The notes under the pieces were generated by a model, which was not told the origin of the DNA, ran no database searches, and saw only the letters and a list, made by a program, of their open reading frames with translations. A program made the position numbers and the translations under genes. From Trueperaceae bacterium (GTDB taxonomy: Bacteria; Deinococcota; Deinococci; Deinococcales; Trueperaceae): a DNA stretch of 64,000 nucleotides. The stretch covers positions 2,720,001 to 2,784,000 of the forward strand of contig CBDCDZ010000004.1 in the NCBI GenBank assembly GCA_965215565.1. Reading direction: 5' to 3'. Of the stretch, positions 30,713-40,383 are shown in pieces (position 1 is the stretch's first letter; every line of letters starts with the position of its first letter).

Positions 30713-31285
30713 ATGTCAATTCTAACCCGGCATGTCTGATGGTGTTTCGAAACCGTCGTGCGAATTGTGCGGGATGGAGGGCTCGAGCCTACACTTGAGA
30801 ATGTTCTGCAGTTAAAGGTCCTAAGTACTTGCACCCATTTAAGAATCAGAAACGCTCTCAATATGTGAATTTCGGCGGCGCTACTCGCTAATTCTGTAGG
30901 AGTACTTACCGTCAAATGTTCTACCGTCAGAAGGTGCTGAAGCGCGCCTTGAACGGCACCCAACCCTTTCTTTGTACACGTTGTACTTTTTCGTATATTC
31001 ACGCTAAACAGCAGGAACAGAGAACTCGAGCTTCCCCGAGTTGTAGTTCTATGCTAGCTTCGCATATGCGGTGTAACATACTAGCCAAGCACTAAATACT
31101 TATAAAAGTAGGGAGAGTAGATTACAACTATGCCGTGCTCGTCGCAAAAACGCTTATGAGAGCGTGTTCATCAAGCGATGAGGGTTTTCTCACAGATGAA
31201 GGCTCTTCATGAAGGGCGTAAAGGGTCACGCTCCGCTGCACACACGCTTTTGCCCATTGTGGCGGGGAAAACGCGCTCTCACCTC

Positions 31286-31328
31286 TATTTCATAGGGGTT
31301 TGACAGATATATATGCCTATGAAATACT
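31286..31328 (+). promoter_or_regulatory. Sigma70-type promoter bracketed by an 11-bp inverted repeat
   Basis: TTGACA (31300)-17 nt-AATACT; TATTTCATAGG / CCTATGAAATA. Confidence 0.55.
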
Positions 31329-31521
31329 TACAGCGGATTTGTGTCGCTTGAGGGTCGCACCTGAGAGGAGGTGTACCACTTGAACCGGCTTTTGAGGGCG
31401 CACATCTCAGTGAGAGACCCAAGGCAAAGACGAGCGAGGAAACTCGGACACTCGCGCATCAGCGCCCAAAAATCCCCTCTCGCTGCGCAGACAAATTATG
31501 AAAGTTCAAGGGGTAAATTCA

Positions 31522-34500
31522 ATGAAGAAACTTTTGTTCACTATGCTAGCCCTCTTACTAATGGCTGGCGGCGCATTTGCGCAAAACGATAGTGACGACG
31601 ACGACAGCGATAGCGGGAGCAGCCAAACGTCCTTCCCGGACGTGCCGGAAGGCTCCTACGCTGCTGACGCCGTCGCCGAACTCGCCGACTTAGGCATCGT
31701 CATCGGGTTCCCGGACGGAACCTTTCGCGGCAACGAAGCCTTTACCCGCTACCAAGCGGCGCTGGTTGTCACCCGCTTAATCGACGTGCTCGAGTCCCAA
31801 TTCGTCACCGAAGACGAGTTAGCCTCTCTCCGCAACGCAGTGCAAGAAATCGCCTCTGACATCGCCGCTTTAGAAGCCGCGATCAGCAGCGGCATGGGCA
31901 TGGACCCGGAGGCGATGCAAGACCTCCAGAACCAGCTCGAAGAGCTGCGCACTGCCCTAGATACCCTTCAAGCCCTGGAAGCCCGCGTGTCGCAAAACAC
32001 CCGCTCCATTGACGCTCTCAACGACCTCGTTGCGCTTCTCAACGAAGAAATTGTGGGTTTGCAAGCGGGCGGCGATATCGACCCGAGCTTCTTGGAGGAC
32101 ATCCAGCGCAACACCGACGACATCGCCAACATCCGCGAGTTCGTCATCCTTTTACGCCGCGATCAGGTTGCCTTGCGCGACCAACTCGCCGTGCTCGAGG
32201 AGAGCGACGCGCAGCAAAACGAGCGCATCAGTGGGCTCGAGGAGCGCGTCTCGACCTTAGAAGACCAAGCCATCACCTTTAACGGTAGCATCGGCGTAGA
32301 GTACGAAGTTGGACGTTTGAGCGGTGACGCTAACGTCTGTCCCGTTCCGCTTGTTGATACGGACCTGAGCGATACAGGAGAGAACTTCCAGTGCGGTACT
32401 TTCGGCGACGATGGTACGTTTACGCCTATCGACACGGTCATCACACCTTTCGACGTAGACCGCATCTTCGGCATCGGCTTCGAGCGCGAAGTGCCCGCCT
32501 CGGTTTTCAGCACCGGAACCGATGACTACGACGACGACGACAGCGAAGACGACGACGGTGAAGTTGCTCAGGACCGTGAAGACATCGAAAATGAAAAAGG
32601 TGACGTTGAGCCTACCTTCGAGATTTCGTTTGGCTTCTCGAGCGAGCGCGGCGTAGCTGGCGCGTTCAACGACTTCGAAGCGACTGTTACATTAGAACTC
32701 GTCGAAGTCACCGTACTTGACGCTGACGAAGTTAATAGCGACGACGACCTCACCAACGACGAACTCACTGACAGCGACAACTACCTCAGCGACGCTTACG
32801 TGTTTAGCTTTAGCGAGTTAGAGACGACCTTCACCCCCATTGGCGCGGAGCCCCTTACCTTCACCTTCGGTGAAGACCCCGACGCCGAATTCACACCTTA
32901 CGTCTTCGAGAGCTTGGGTGCCGGTTTTGTTGCGCGCCTTGGTACGCCCGACGTGCTCGCGTTCTTACAGCCCGAGCTAGTCATTGCCTATGGTGTCTAT
33001 CAAGAAGAGGGCAACGACAAGCCCGAAGATGACGCTGTCGAGCTACCCGACGATAATGGGGACTTGGTCGTCGACGGTGGAGAGAATCCCTTCGCTGACG
33101 CTTATTACCGTGCCCTCCGCGGTACGCTCAGCCCCTTAGAGGGTATTTCGGGCGGCTTCTCGGTTGCGCAGCTTACCGGTAATGCGGATGAAGAAGGTGA
33201 CGCGACTGGCGACAACCAAACCATCACTGTTTACGGTTTGGACGGCGAAGCCAACATCAGCATCTTGACGGTTAGAGGCGAGTTTGCGGCGAACAGCGTC
33301 AACGCGGACATCAACTTCCCCGTTGATGACGTTGAAGATGCAACGTATGAAGTGCCTGCGCCTACTCCAGACGACCCCGAGGCAACGAACGACGTAGACT
33401 GTATCGTCGATAACGTCATTGCTGAAGAGTGTATTGTCGACGTGCCCGAGTCCGAAACGCTCTTCTTTGTAGAGGCTGAAGTGGACGTCGAAGATGTTCC
33501 TATCGTCGACAGTTTCTCGGCAAACTACCGCTCCATCCCGCAGTTCTGGGTGGGTCTTAGAGAAGACGACGATGGTTATCCTTACGATCTCGATCAAACC
33601 GGCTTCGGTGCGAACGCGGGTCTAGGGTTTTTCATCTTTAACTTAGACGCTTACGTCGATTCTTACTCGACCACGGATGATGGCAACGTCTTAACCTACG
33701 GTGCAGAGCTCGGTGTTGAGGTCTTCCGCGCCATTGAGCCCTTCGCCTTCTACAATGAAGCGAGAATCGACGGCGACCTCGTTTCAGACCTCGGTGACGC
33801 CGAGCGTGACACCGCCCGTGACACGGGCTTTGGTGTCGGTCTCCGCCACGATGGTTCGGCTGACAACGCTCTCGTCCCTGGACTAACCTTCAGCGTCGGC
33901 TACAACCTCGCCACAAACGACGTATCGACTGAAGGTCTCGCGGCGAGTGCAAACGCTGACCTTACTTTCGGCTTCCTTACCGTCAACCCTTACGTCAACT
34001 ACGAAACTGAGAATAATCCAGTGGATTCGGACGATGATGACCTTGCCACGCTCGAAGCGGGTACGGGTTTAGAGACCGAGCCGCTCGACTTCTTCTTAGC
34101 GCCTAGCCTCGTAGCGAACGTCAACTACCGTAATACGGCGCATACGGAAACGAACCCTGACGAGGATGCGAACGAGTTAGAGGGCAACTACGACGCGACT
34201 GAGCTTCAGTTCAGCGCAGGTCTCAGCCTCAACGAGTTCCTCTTCGAAAACAGCGTTCTGAGCGTCCGTTACGGTTACTATCAAGGTACTAACATCAGCA
34301 CGGACATCGATCCAAACAACAGCGACGACGATCCCGATGACGGTGACGACCTCGCAACCAACATCTCTGAAGGTGACTTCAATAACGGCGTCACGCAGAC
34401 GACGCAAGGTTACGAAGTTGCCTGGACGTACTACGGTCTCGAGTTCGGTTACGGCAGATACAACCTTAACCGTACTGCAAACTCTGCACTTGGTACCGAC

Positions 34501-34554
34501 GCCACCTCCGTAAACGGTCAAGCCTTCTCAGTCGCCTACGAAGTAACCTTCTAA
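31522..34554 (+). CDS. S-layer / SlpA-like outer-membrane protein (SLH domain, coiled coil, beta-barrel)
   Basis: Signal peptide; FPDVP...GIVIGFPDGTFRG..TRYQAA SLH motif; coiled coil; C-terminal YEVTF barrel signal. Confidence 0.88.
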   Translation: MKKLLFTMLALLLMAGGAFAQNDSDDDDSDSGSSQTSFPDVPEGSYAADAVAELADLGIVIGFPDGTFRGNEAFTRYQAALVVTRLIDVLESQFVTEDELASLRNAVQEIASDIAALEAAISSGMGMDPEAMQDLQNQLEELRTALDTLQALEARVSQNTRSIDALNDLVALLNEEIVGLQAGGDIDPSFLEDIQRNTDDIANIREFVILLRRDQVALRDQLAVLEESDAQQNERISGLEERVSTLEDQAITFNGSIGVEYEVGRLSGDANVCPVPLVDTDLSDTGENFQCGTFGDDGTFTPIDTVITPFDVDRIFGIGFEREVPASVFSTGTDDYDDDDSEDDDGEVAQDREDIENEKGDVEPTFEISFGFSSERGVAGAFNDFEATVTLELVEVTVLDADEVNSDDDLTNDELTDSDNYLSDAYVFSFSELETTFTPIGAEPLTFTFGEDPDAEFTPYVFESLGAGFVARLGTPDVLAFLQPELVIAYGVYQEEGNDKPEDDAVELPDDNGDLVVDGGENPFADAYYRALRGTLSPLEGISGGFSVAQLTGNADEEGDATGDNQTITVYGLDGEANISILTVRGEFAANSVNADINFPVDDVEDATYEVPAPTPDDPEATNDVDCIVDNVIAEECIVDVPESETLFFVEAEVDVEDVPIVDSFSANYRSIPQFWVGLREDDDGYPYDLDQTGFGANAGLGFFIFNLDAYVDSYSTTDDGNVLTYGAELGVEVFRAIEPFAFYNEARIDGDLVSDLGDAERDTARDTGFGVGLRHDGSADNALVPGLTFSVGYNLATNDVSTEGLAASANADLTFGFLTVNPYVNYETENNPVDSDDDDLATLEAGTGLETEPLDFFLAPSLVANVNYRNTAHTETNPDEDANELEGNYDATELQFSAGLSLNEFLFENSVLSVRYGYYQGTNISTDIDPNNSDDDPDDGDDLATNISEGDFNNGVTQTTQGYEVAWTYYGLEFGYGRYNLNRTANSALGTDATSVNGQAFSVAYEVTF

Positions 34555-34579
34555 ACTACTTCGTACCCACAAAGAGCCC

Positions 34580-34609
34580 AGAACCCCGCCCCGCGCGGGG
34601 TTCTTTTTT
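34580..34609 (+). terminator. Intrinsic terminator of the S-layer gene
   Basis: AGAACCCCGC-CCCGC-GCGGGGTTCT followed by TTTTT. Confidence 0.85.
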
Positions 34610-34615
34610 GCTCGG

Positions 34616-35494
34616 TCACTTAGCTGTGCGCAACACCCTGAGCGAGCGCGGCACCACCTCCACCTCAAACCACCTGCGCGCCTCCAAAAGCTGCCCCTCC
34701 ATATGCGCTAGCATCGCCTCTTCCCACTCGATCACGATATGTTCGCCCTGCGTCTGATGTACGTGAGGATGGTTGATGTGCGCACCGCGCAGCACGTTGG
34801 GCAAGAGGTTGAACACATCTCTTACGCCAATACGCCCGGCCGCGACGACGTCGAGGCGTCCGTCCGTGAGGCTGGCGTGGGGTGCGAACGTGAAGCTGCC
34901 GCCGGTGCGCGGACCGTTCTGAACCGAGGTGAGTAGAGCGGGACCGCTGTAGAAGGGTGAACCGTCCACCGTGACGTTGACCTGCTGGCGCTCCAGGGTG
35001 CGCAACGTGGCGGCGACGGTGTAGAGATAGGCAGCGCGCTCCCTCAAAAACTCGGGTGCGCGCCCAAAGTTGTGCGCGACTTGCGCGTCGAAACCGGTGC
35101 CGAGCGCGTTGATGAAGGGTGTTCCGTTGACGGTGGCGGTGTCCACCTCGAGGGCGCATCCCGAAAGCACGTGCGCCAACGCCTCGTCAGGAGAGCGCCG
35201 CCCCAGCCCCAACGCCCGAGCAAAGTCATCCCCGGAACCCCCCGGTATCACGCCCAAAGTGCGCTCCGTGCGGATGCACGCCGAGGCGACTTCGTGCAGG
35301 GTGCCGTCGCCACCTAAGACGAGGAGCGTCGCGCGCTCGGGTAGGGCGGCGGCGATATGTGCGGCGTCTCCTGGCGCTTGGGTGAGGTGGACGCTATACG
35401 CTAGCTTCTTTTGCTCTAGGGTAGTTTGTACGTACCTGAGCCTCTGCAAGCTGCGTCCGCGCCCCGCGACTGGATTGACGATGAGGTGCATCAT
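34616..35494 (-). CDS. Diacylglycerol/lipid kinase family (YegS/DgkB-like)
   Basis: IVNPVAG, GGDGT and PGGSGDDFAR. Confidence 0.85.
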   Translation of the reverse strand: MMHLIVNPVAGRGRSLQRLRYVQTTLEQKKLAYSVHLTQAPGDAAHIAAALPERATLLVLGGDGTLHEVASACIRTERTLGVIPGGSGDDFARALGLGRRSPDEALAHVLSGCALEVDTATVNGTPFINALGTGFDAQVAHNFGRAPEFLRERAAYLYTVAATLRTLERQQVNVTVDGSPFYSGPALLTSVQNGPRTGGSFTFAPHASLTDGRLDVVAAGRIGVRDVFNLLPNVLRGAHINHPHVHQTQGEHIVIEWEEAMLAHMEGQLLEARRWFEVEVVPRSLRVLRTAK

Positions 35495-35716
35495 GATGGT
35501 GCTTCGATTATATCTTGGTAGGTGACCCGGCTCATAGCTCAACCTCTTCGAATGTCGTACCACCGTTCTCTTCCGCAAAGGAGTACGCGACATCAATGAA
35601 ACGGGTTTGAGACCCGCCCTGCACTTGCCTCTTAACCAGCTTTTTCAGCCACTACCTCTTTCAAATTGTGCCGTGCAACCTCTCAGTGGAGGGTACGCCG
35701 CGCGGTAGACTACCTC

Positions 35717-36379
35717 ATGCTGAAAACTGCCGAGCTTTTCGATCTCTCTCATATTGACGCGCCTCTCCGTGAGCTTTTGGAGGTCGAGCACCCGTGGGAG
35801 GTCTTGGCGCGGCTGGGGGCGTTTACAGATGAGATGCGTCACGGCGTACGCGGCGAGGTGCACCCTACAGCGGTTTTGGAGGGCGCGGTCTATCTGGCTG
35901 AGGGCGCGGTAGTCGGCCCGCACGCTTACGTCAAAGGTCCGGTTTGGATAGGGGAGGGCGCGGAGGTGGGGCACGGCGCATATGTGAGGGACGGCGCGGT
36001 CATCGGTCCACGCGCCAAAGTTGGGCACGCCTCTGAGGTGAAGCGTTCGCTCCTCCTAGCGGGGGCGAAAGCGCCGCACTTCAACTACGTTGGGGACGCA
36101 GTGCTCGGTCACAACGTCAATCTAGGTGCGGGCGTCAAGCTCGCCAACCTTAAAGCTATCGGTAGAAATGTCAGCGTCGGCGAGGTGGACACAGGTCTGC
36201 GCAAGTTCAGCGCCGCTGTGGGCGATGAGGTGTCCATCGGCTGTAACGCGGTCCTTTCGCCCGGCACGCTCGTCGGTCCGCGCACGACGGTCTATAACGG
36301 CGCGATGCTGCGCGGGGTCTATCCAGCGGACAGCGTCGTTAAGCTGCGGCAGACCCTAGAGCAAGCCTCACGTCACTGA
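35717..36379 (+). CDS. Hexapeptide-repeat (left-handed beta-helix) transferase, GlmU C-terminal-like
   Basis: LbH repeats, PHFNYVGDA and NLGAG. Confidence 0.8.
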   Translation: MLKTAELFDLSHIDAPLRELLEVEHPWEVLARLGAFTDEMRHGVRGEVHPTAVLEGAVYLAEGAVVGPHAYVKGPVWIGEGAEVGHGAYVRDGAVIGPRAKVGHASEVKRSLLLAGAKAPHFNYVGDAVLGHNVNLGAGVKLANLKAIGRNVSVGEVDTGLRKFSAAVGDEVSIGCNAVLSPGTLVGPRTTVYNGAMLRGVYPADSVVKLRQTLEQASRH

Positions 36380-36395
36380 GCCGCTACGGACTCTA

Positions 36396-36698
36396 TAGCA
36401 AGTATCATTTGGTTTGAGTGTACGTAAGTTTTTCCCGGTTACACCGTTTTCGCGTCTGCGAAAGGGAAACTTCGTAAGCGAAGCAACGCTCTCACGATGT
36501 AGAACACCGTTGCCTAACGGCAAACTACGTCATTCGCTTTGCAAAAACTTCGTCCCTACGGGCTTTCAGAAAGCAGCACGCACATTTGAGAATGAAATCC
36601 CGCTCTCAGGCGAAGCCGTCCCGCTAGGCTTTGCCTGAGAGCGGGATGGCTGCGGCTGAGATTTGCGCTACTCCAATCAGCACTTATGTTAATTGCTA
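36396..36698 (+). mobile_element. TAGC-family repeat, longest copy (~300 bp, multiple inserts)
   Basis: TAGCAAGTATCATTTGG...TAATTGCTA; shares modules with copies at 17292 and 284. Confidence 0.8.
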
Positions 36699-36827
36699 TA
36701 GACCTCTTGCCTATTGTGGTATTTTACTGAGGGCTTCCACTCATACTCGTTCCACTCGGCGCAAGCGAAAGCCGGACATGCGTCCGCCTCCCACTTTCGC
36801 AGGAGACCTCTTCTGTTAGCCTGAACT

Positions 36828-37490
36828 ATGTTCCCGCTCCGCGACGCCAACCCCAGACACCGCACGCCTTACGTCGGCTACACGCTGCTGCTCATCAACA
36901 TCCTCGTTTTTTTGTACGGTCTCACCTTCACTCAGAACGAGGCGCGGGCGTTCGTGTTCGCATACGGCTTTATCCCCGACCTCTTCTTTAGCAACCCGGT
37001 AGGCGAGAGCTACCGCCTCTTGACCAGCCTCTTCTTGCACGGCGGTTTTGCGCACATCTTAGGCAATATGTTCTTCCTCTACGTCTTCGGCGACAACATC
37101 GAAGACCGCATGGGCCACGTGACCTTTTTAGTCTTTTATCTCTTGGGCGGCGTCACCGCGACGCTCGCGCACGGGCTTTTTATGACCACGTCGGAGGTGC
37201 CGATGATCGGCGCGTCGGGGGCGATTAGCGCGGTTTTGGGGGCGTACATCATCCTCTTTCCGCGTATGCGCGTGCTGACCTTTATCCCGCCCTTTTTCAT
37301 CTTTTGGCTCCCGGCGTGGCTCTATCTGGGGTACTGGGCGGCGATTCAGGTGGTGCAAGCGGTGGGCGGCGCGCTCGTGTCCACCTCGGCGGTGGACGGC
37401 GTCGCGTGGTGGGCGCATGTGGGCGGTTTTGTCTTCGGGGCGCTGCTGGTGCGCTATCTGGTAGACTCGAGGGCACGTCAGGCGGCGTGA
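36828..37490 (+). CDS. Rhomboid family intramembrane serine protease
   Basis: HGGFAHILGNM, GASGA and AHVGG. Confidence 0.93.
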   Translation: MFPLRDANPRHRTPYVGYTLLLINILVFLYGLTFTQNEARAFVFAYGFIPDLFFSNPVGESYRLLTSLFLHGGFAHILGNMFFLYVFGDNIEDRMGHVTFLVFYLLGGVTATLAHGLFMTTSEVPMIGASGAISAVLGAYIILFPRMRVLTFIPPFFIFWLPAWLYLGYWAAIQVVQAVGGALVSTSAVDGVAWWAHVGGFVFGALLVRYLVDSRARQAA

Positions 37491-37585
37491 ACGGTCTTGG
37501 CTCGATGGTCCGCTCACTTCTCTCACCTACGCCCGTTACACTGGGAAACTCTTTGAGGTGGGCTGAGCCTTAGGCTGAGCTGCAA

Positions 37586-38203
37586 ATGGTGGTGGAGGGC
37601 GTGAGATCAATCATAAAAATCATCTTAGCTACACTTTTGCTGCTGGGGCACGCGGCTTGGGCTCAAACGGAAACGTATCTAAGCGAAAATGGCACGAACC
37701 CCGAGACGACGCGGGGCGAGTCGCGGCTTTTGCGCTACGAGCGGGAGGATTTTCCCGTAGAGGTTTATATCCCACCTGCCGCCTGGCTGGACGCTGAGAG
37801 GCAGGCTAGAATCACCGTGCGCCGCGCCTTTGAAGCGTGGGCGGACGCCGCGCCAGAGCTGGTGAGCTTCACCTTTTTAGAGGAGCCGAGCGAGAGTGCG
37901 CTGACCGTCGATTGGGAGCCCTTGGAGGGGCTCGCCGGGTCCTACCGCTACAGCTTTAGTGTGGAGTCGGATGGACGCTACGACTACCGCGCCACGAGTA
38001 TCATCTTGGACCCAGCGACGGAGCCGGACGCGCTCTACCGCTTCGCTGTACTGCAAGTCGGACACGCACTCGGGCTCTTCGGGCGCAGCCCCTTCGAGGG
38101 TGACGCGCTGAGCGCAATCCCGAGCGGCGAGATAACGGAGCGCGACGCCGCGACGCTGCGGGCGCTCTATGCGCTGCCGAGCGGTACAGTGCTGAGAGAA
38201 TAG
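37586..38203 (+). CDS. Matrixin/metzincin-like exported protein with degenerate zinc motif
   Basis: RRAFEAW...LQVGHALGL..RS...ITERDAATLRALY; HExxH replaced by LQxxH. Confidence 0.6.
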   Translation: MVVEGVRSIIKIILATLLLLGHAAWAQTETYLSENGTNPETTRGESRLLRYEREDFPVEVYIPPAAWLDAERQARITVRRAFEAWADAAPELVSFTFLEEPSESALTVDWEPLEGLAGSYRYSFSVESDGRYDYRATSIILDPATEPDALYRFAVLQVGHALGLFGRSPFEGDALSAIPSGEITERDAATLRALYALPSGTVLRE

Positions 38204-38224
38204 GGGCGACTCATGAGTCGCCCC
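38203..38224. repeat. Perfect 22-bp palindrome GGGGCGACTCATGAGTCGCCCC (REP-like or bidirectional terminator)
   Basis: Lies between convergent genes; related to 28519-28548. Confidence 0.65.
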
Positions 38225-38232
38225 CGCTCAGT

Positions 38233-38793
38233 TTAATTGCCTGGTTCGATCAAGCCGTAGTCACCGTCGTGCCGCAGATAGATCACGTTGATCTCTTCGG
38301 TTTCCATGTTGCGAAACATGAAGAAGGTGTGACCAAGCGCCTCCATCTGCATGGCGGCGTCTTCGGGTGACATAGGGCGGAGCACGTGACGCTTGACGCG
38401 GGCGATGGCGGGACCGTCGTCCTCGGACTCATCCTCGTCTAAAGGGGGCAAGTCGGTGACGGGCGGGGGGGGCGGCGTGTCGTGGGTACGGCGGGCGAGT
38501 TTGCGCTCTTTGAAGCGGCGGAGCTGCCGCTCGAGTTTATGCACCACCTTGTCCACCGCCGCATAGGCGTCTTGCCCGCTCTCCTCGGCGCGCACGATGC
38601 CGTGCGGCACGTTGAGCTGCACCTCGACTTTGGCGGGTTGCGCCGCGTCGCCGTCCGCCGCGTAAGAGATGACGACTTTGGCGTCCACCACGCGCTCGGA
38701 GAAGTGCTCGAGCTTCTGCAGCTTCTCCTCGGTGTAGCTGCGCATGGCGTCGGTTACGTCGATATTGCGCCCAATCATTCTGTAGATGTCCAT
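38233..38793 (-). CDS. hpf: Ribosome hibernation promoting factor (long HPF)
   Basis: GRNIDVTDAMRSY, YAAVD..KLERQL and C-terminal PMSPEDA...YGLIEP. Confidence 0.93.
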   Translation of the reverse strand: MDIYRMIGRNIDVTDAMRSYTEEKLQKLEHFSERVVDAKVVISYAADGDAAQPAKVEVQLNVPHGIVRAEESGQDAYAAVDKVVHKLERQLRRFKERKLARRTHDTPPPPPVTDLPPLDEDESEDDGPAIARVKRHVLRPMSPEDAAMQMEALGHTFFMFRNMETEEINVIYLRHDGDYGLIEPGN

Positions 38794-38914
38794 GTCTCCT
38801 CCACATCATCCTAGGCTTGCGTTTTGAGGTGTCACCCTCTGTATGTGCACGCAGTGTAACACTCTGACTCTGTCAGAAACGTGTCAGGAGTGGGGTGAGA
38901 AAATTACTTGACAA

Positions 38915-39069
38915 TAACGGGTATCGTCTGGTCAGAAACACGCTTACTGTAGAAAACACTGTTTCCTTTTGCTGCGCAAAAACTACGTAATCGGAAAACT
39001 CCGTAATTAGCACGCACATTCGGTGATGATATCTGCGGCACTTCGTCTCAATATGTTTTGGAAGCGCCA
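38915..39069 (+). mobile_element. TAGC-family repeat with a doubly nested mini-insert
   Basis: TAACGGGTATCGTCTGG...GATGATATCTGCG...TTGGAAGCGCCA. Confidence 0.75.
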
Positions 39070-39140
39070 ACAAGAAAGAACGTCGGGTTATGACCTCTCG
39101 TATAGTAGAGTCTCATTCCGATCAGGACTATCCCAGACGT

Positions 39141-39851
39141 TTAGGTGAGCCAGCGGCGCAAGCGCGAAGGCTCCTTATGCTCTTCACGCTGTTTTTCGCA
39201 CTGTGCCAAACGCACCCCTAACTCTCGTTGCTGCGCCTCGAGTACCTCGATTTGCGCCTCTTGCACTTCGACGAGGGCGCGGAGCTTCTTCATCTCTTTG
39301 GGTTCTTGGCTGCGGTCCGTGGGCAAGAGCGCAGCGTGCAGACGCTGGCGCTCCTTATTCAAAGTTTGAAGTTTTTCGGCAAAGTCGTTTGCGCGCGCAC
39401 GAAGGGGTTGTGCATTGGGCGTAGGTTCTGTGGGCGTAGGTTCTGCGGGCTCACGTTCGGCTGCGTGCGGTGTGCGCCCCGCTAAAAGACTTCTGATTCG
39501 CTCGCGCAAGTTTTTGTCGCCCAAGGGCTTAGGGATGATGAGGTCAGCCTTGACGATCTTAGCGACGCCCTTAATTTCGTCGGTCAGTGTGGCGTGGCGC
39601 GACGTGACTAAAACGATAGGCACCTCTCTAAGTCGCTTGACGCTCTTCATCTTGCGGCAGAGGTCGAAGCCGTCCACCGAAGGTAAATCGGTTTCTAAAA
39701 TCGCCACGTCGGGCGTGTGTTCGCGCAGGTAAGCGAGCACGTCTTGACCGTCGGTAAAGGTTTGCAGCGCGTAGCCGTCGCCGTGAAAGATGAGGTCAAA
39801 CAGTTCGAATTGTAAAGGGTCGCGGTCGGCGACGAGTAGAGTGTAGGGCAT
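39141..39851 (-). CDS. Atypical receiver-domain protein with C-terminal coiled coil
   Basis: LLVADRD...ILETDLP..DGFDLC...PIVLVT...IPKP; ORF-track extension to 39935 lies inside a repeat. Confidence 0.75.
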   Translation of the reverse strand: MPYTLLVADRDPLQFELFDLIFHGDGYALQTFTDGQDVLAYLREHTPDVAILETDLPSVDGFDLCRKMKSVKRLREVPIVLVTSRHATLTDEIKGVAKIVKADLIIPKPLGDKNLRERIRSLLAGRTPHAAEREPAEPTPTEPTPNAQPLRARANDFAEKLQTLNKERQRLHAALLPTDRSQEPKEMKKLRALVEVQEAQIEVLEAQQRELGVRLAQCEKQREEHKEPSRLRRWLT

Positions 39852-39880
39852 AACGTGACCTCTTCTCAAGCTGTCCCTGA

Positions 39881-39991
39881 TAGCAGGTATCATCTGGTTT
39901 GAGACGCTCTCACTGTAGAAAGCATTGATGAGCACCCACTTTCAGAGATGATATCTGCGGCAATCTGTCTCAGTAAGTTCTGGAAGTGCTA
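39881..39991 (+). mobile_element. TAGC-ended repeat, minimal 111-bp reference copy
   Basis: TAGCAGGTATCATCT...AGATGATATCTGC...GGAAGTGCTA. Confidence 0.85.
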
Positions 39992-40057
39992 CGAGTACCA
40001 AGATAGACCCAAGGTCACGCCACACGAGTGGAAGACCTCACACTCGCTATAGGGTTG

Positions 40058-40081
40058 AACAAGGGGTTGAAACCCCTTGTT
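40058..40081. repeat. REP-like palindrome AACAAGGGGTTGAAACCCCTTGTT
   Basis: Second copy at 744-764. Confidence 0.6.
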
Positions 40082-40125
40082 TCAGTGAGGTGCTCTCTAC
40101 TCGAGCCGTTTTATGCCAGCTGTAG

Positions 40126-40383
40126 CTACTGAGCCCGCTTCTCCTGTCCACCTTTCGCGGGCAAATTCGCCACCAACACCATCCGGTCTCCTTGCTGGTC
40201 GATGTTCACATCGTAGCCGCTCTCATCCGCCGGGAAATACTTGCTGATGACCTGCACCAACTCCGCTTTGAGTTCGTCCATCTTGGCGGGCGAGAGCTTA
40301 GCGCGGTCGTACTGCAAGACTAACTTGAGGCGGTCTTTGACGGTGTCTTTGCTCTTCTTTCTACCGAAGAGTCCATTAAACAT
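40126..40383 (-). CDS. minE: Cell division topological specificity factor MinE
   Basis: KDRLKLVLQYDR...ELVQVISKY...LVANLP; ATG at 40383. Confidence 0.92.
   Translation of the reverse strand: MFNGLFGRKKSKDTVKDRLKLVLQYDRAKLSPAKMDELKAELVQVISKYFPADESGYDVNIDQQGDRMVLVANLPAKGGQEKRAQ

Noticed and set aside
30713..31285. ncRNA or riboswitch in the long thyX/S-layer intergenic region
   Set aside because: No motif I can recognise; an Rfam covariance search would be needed.
39852..39935. N-terminal extension of the receiver-domain ORF
   Set aside because: Derived from the repeat at 39881; the receiver domain starts at ATG 39851.
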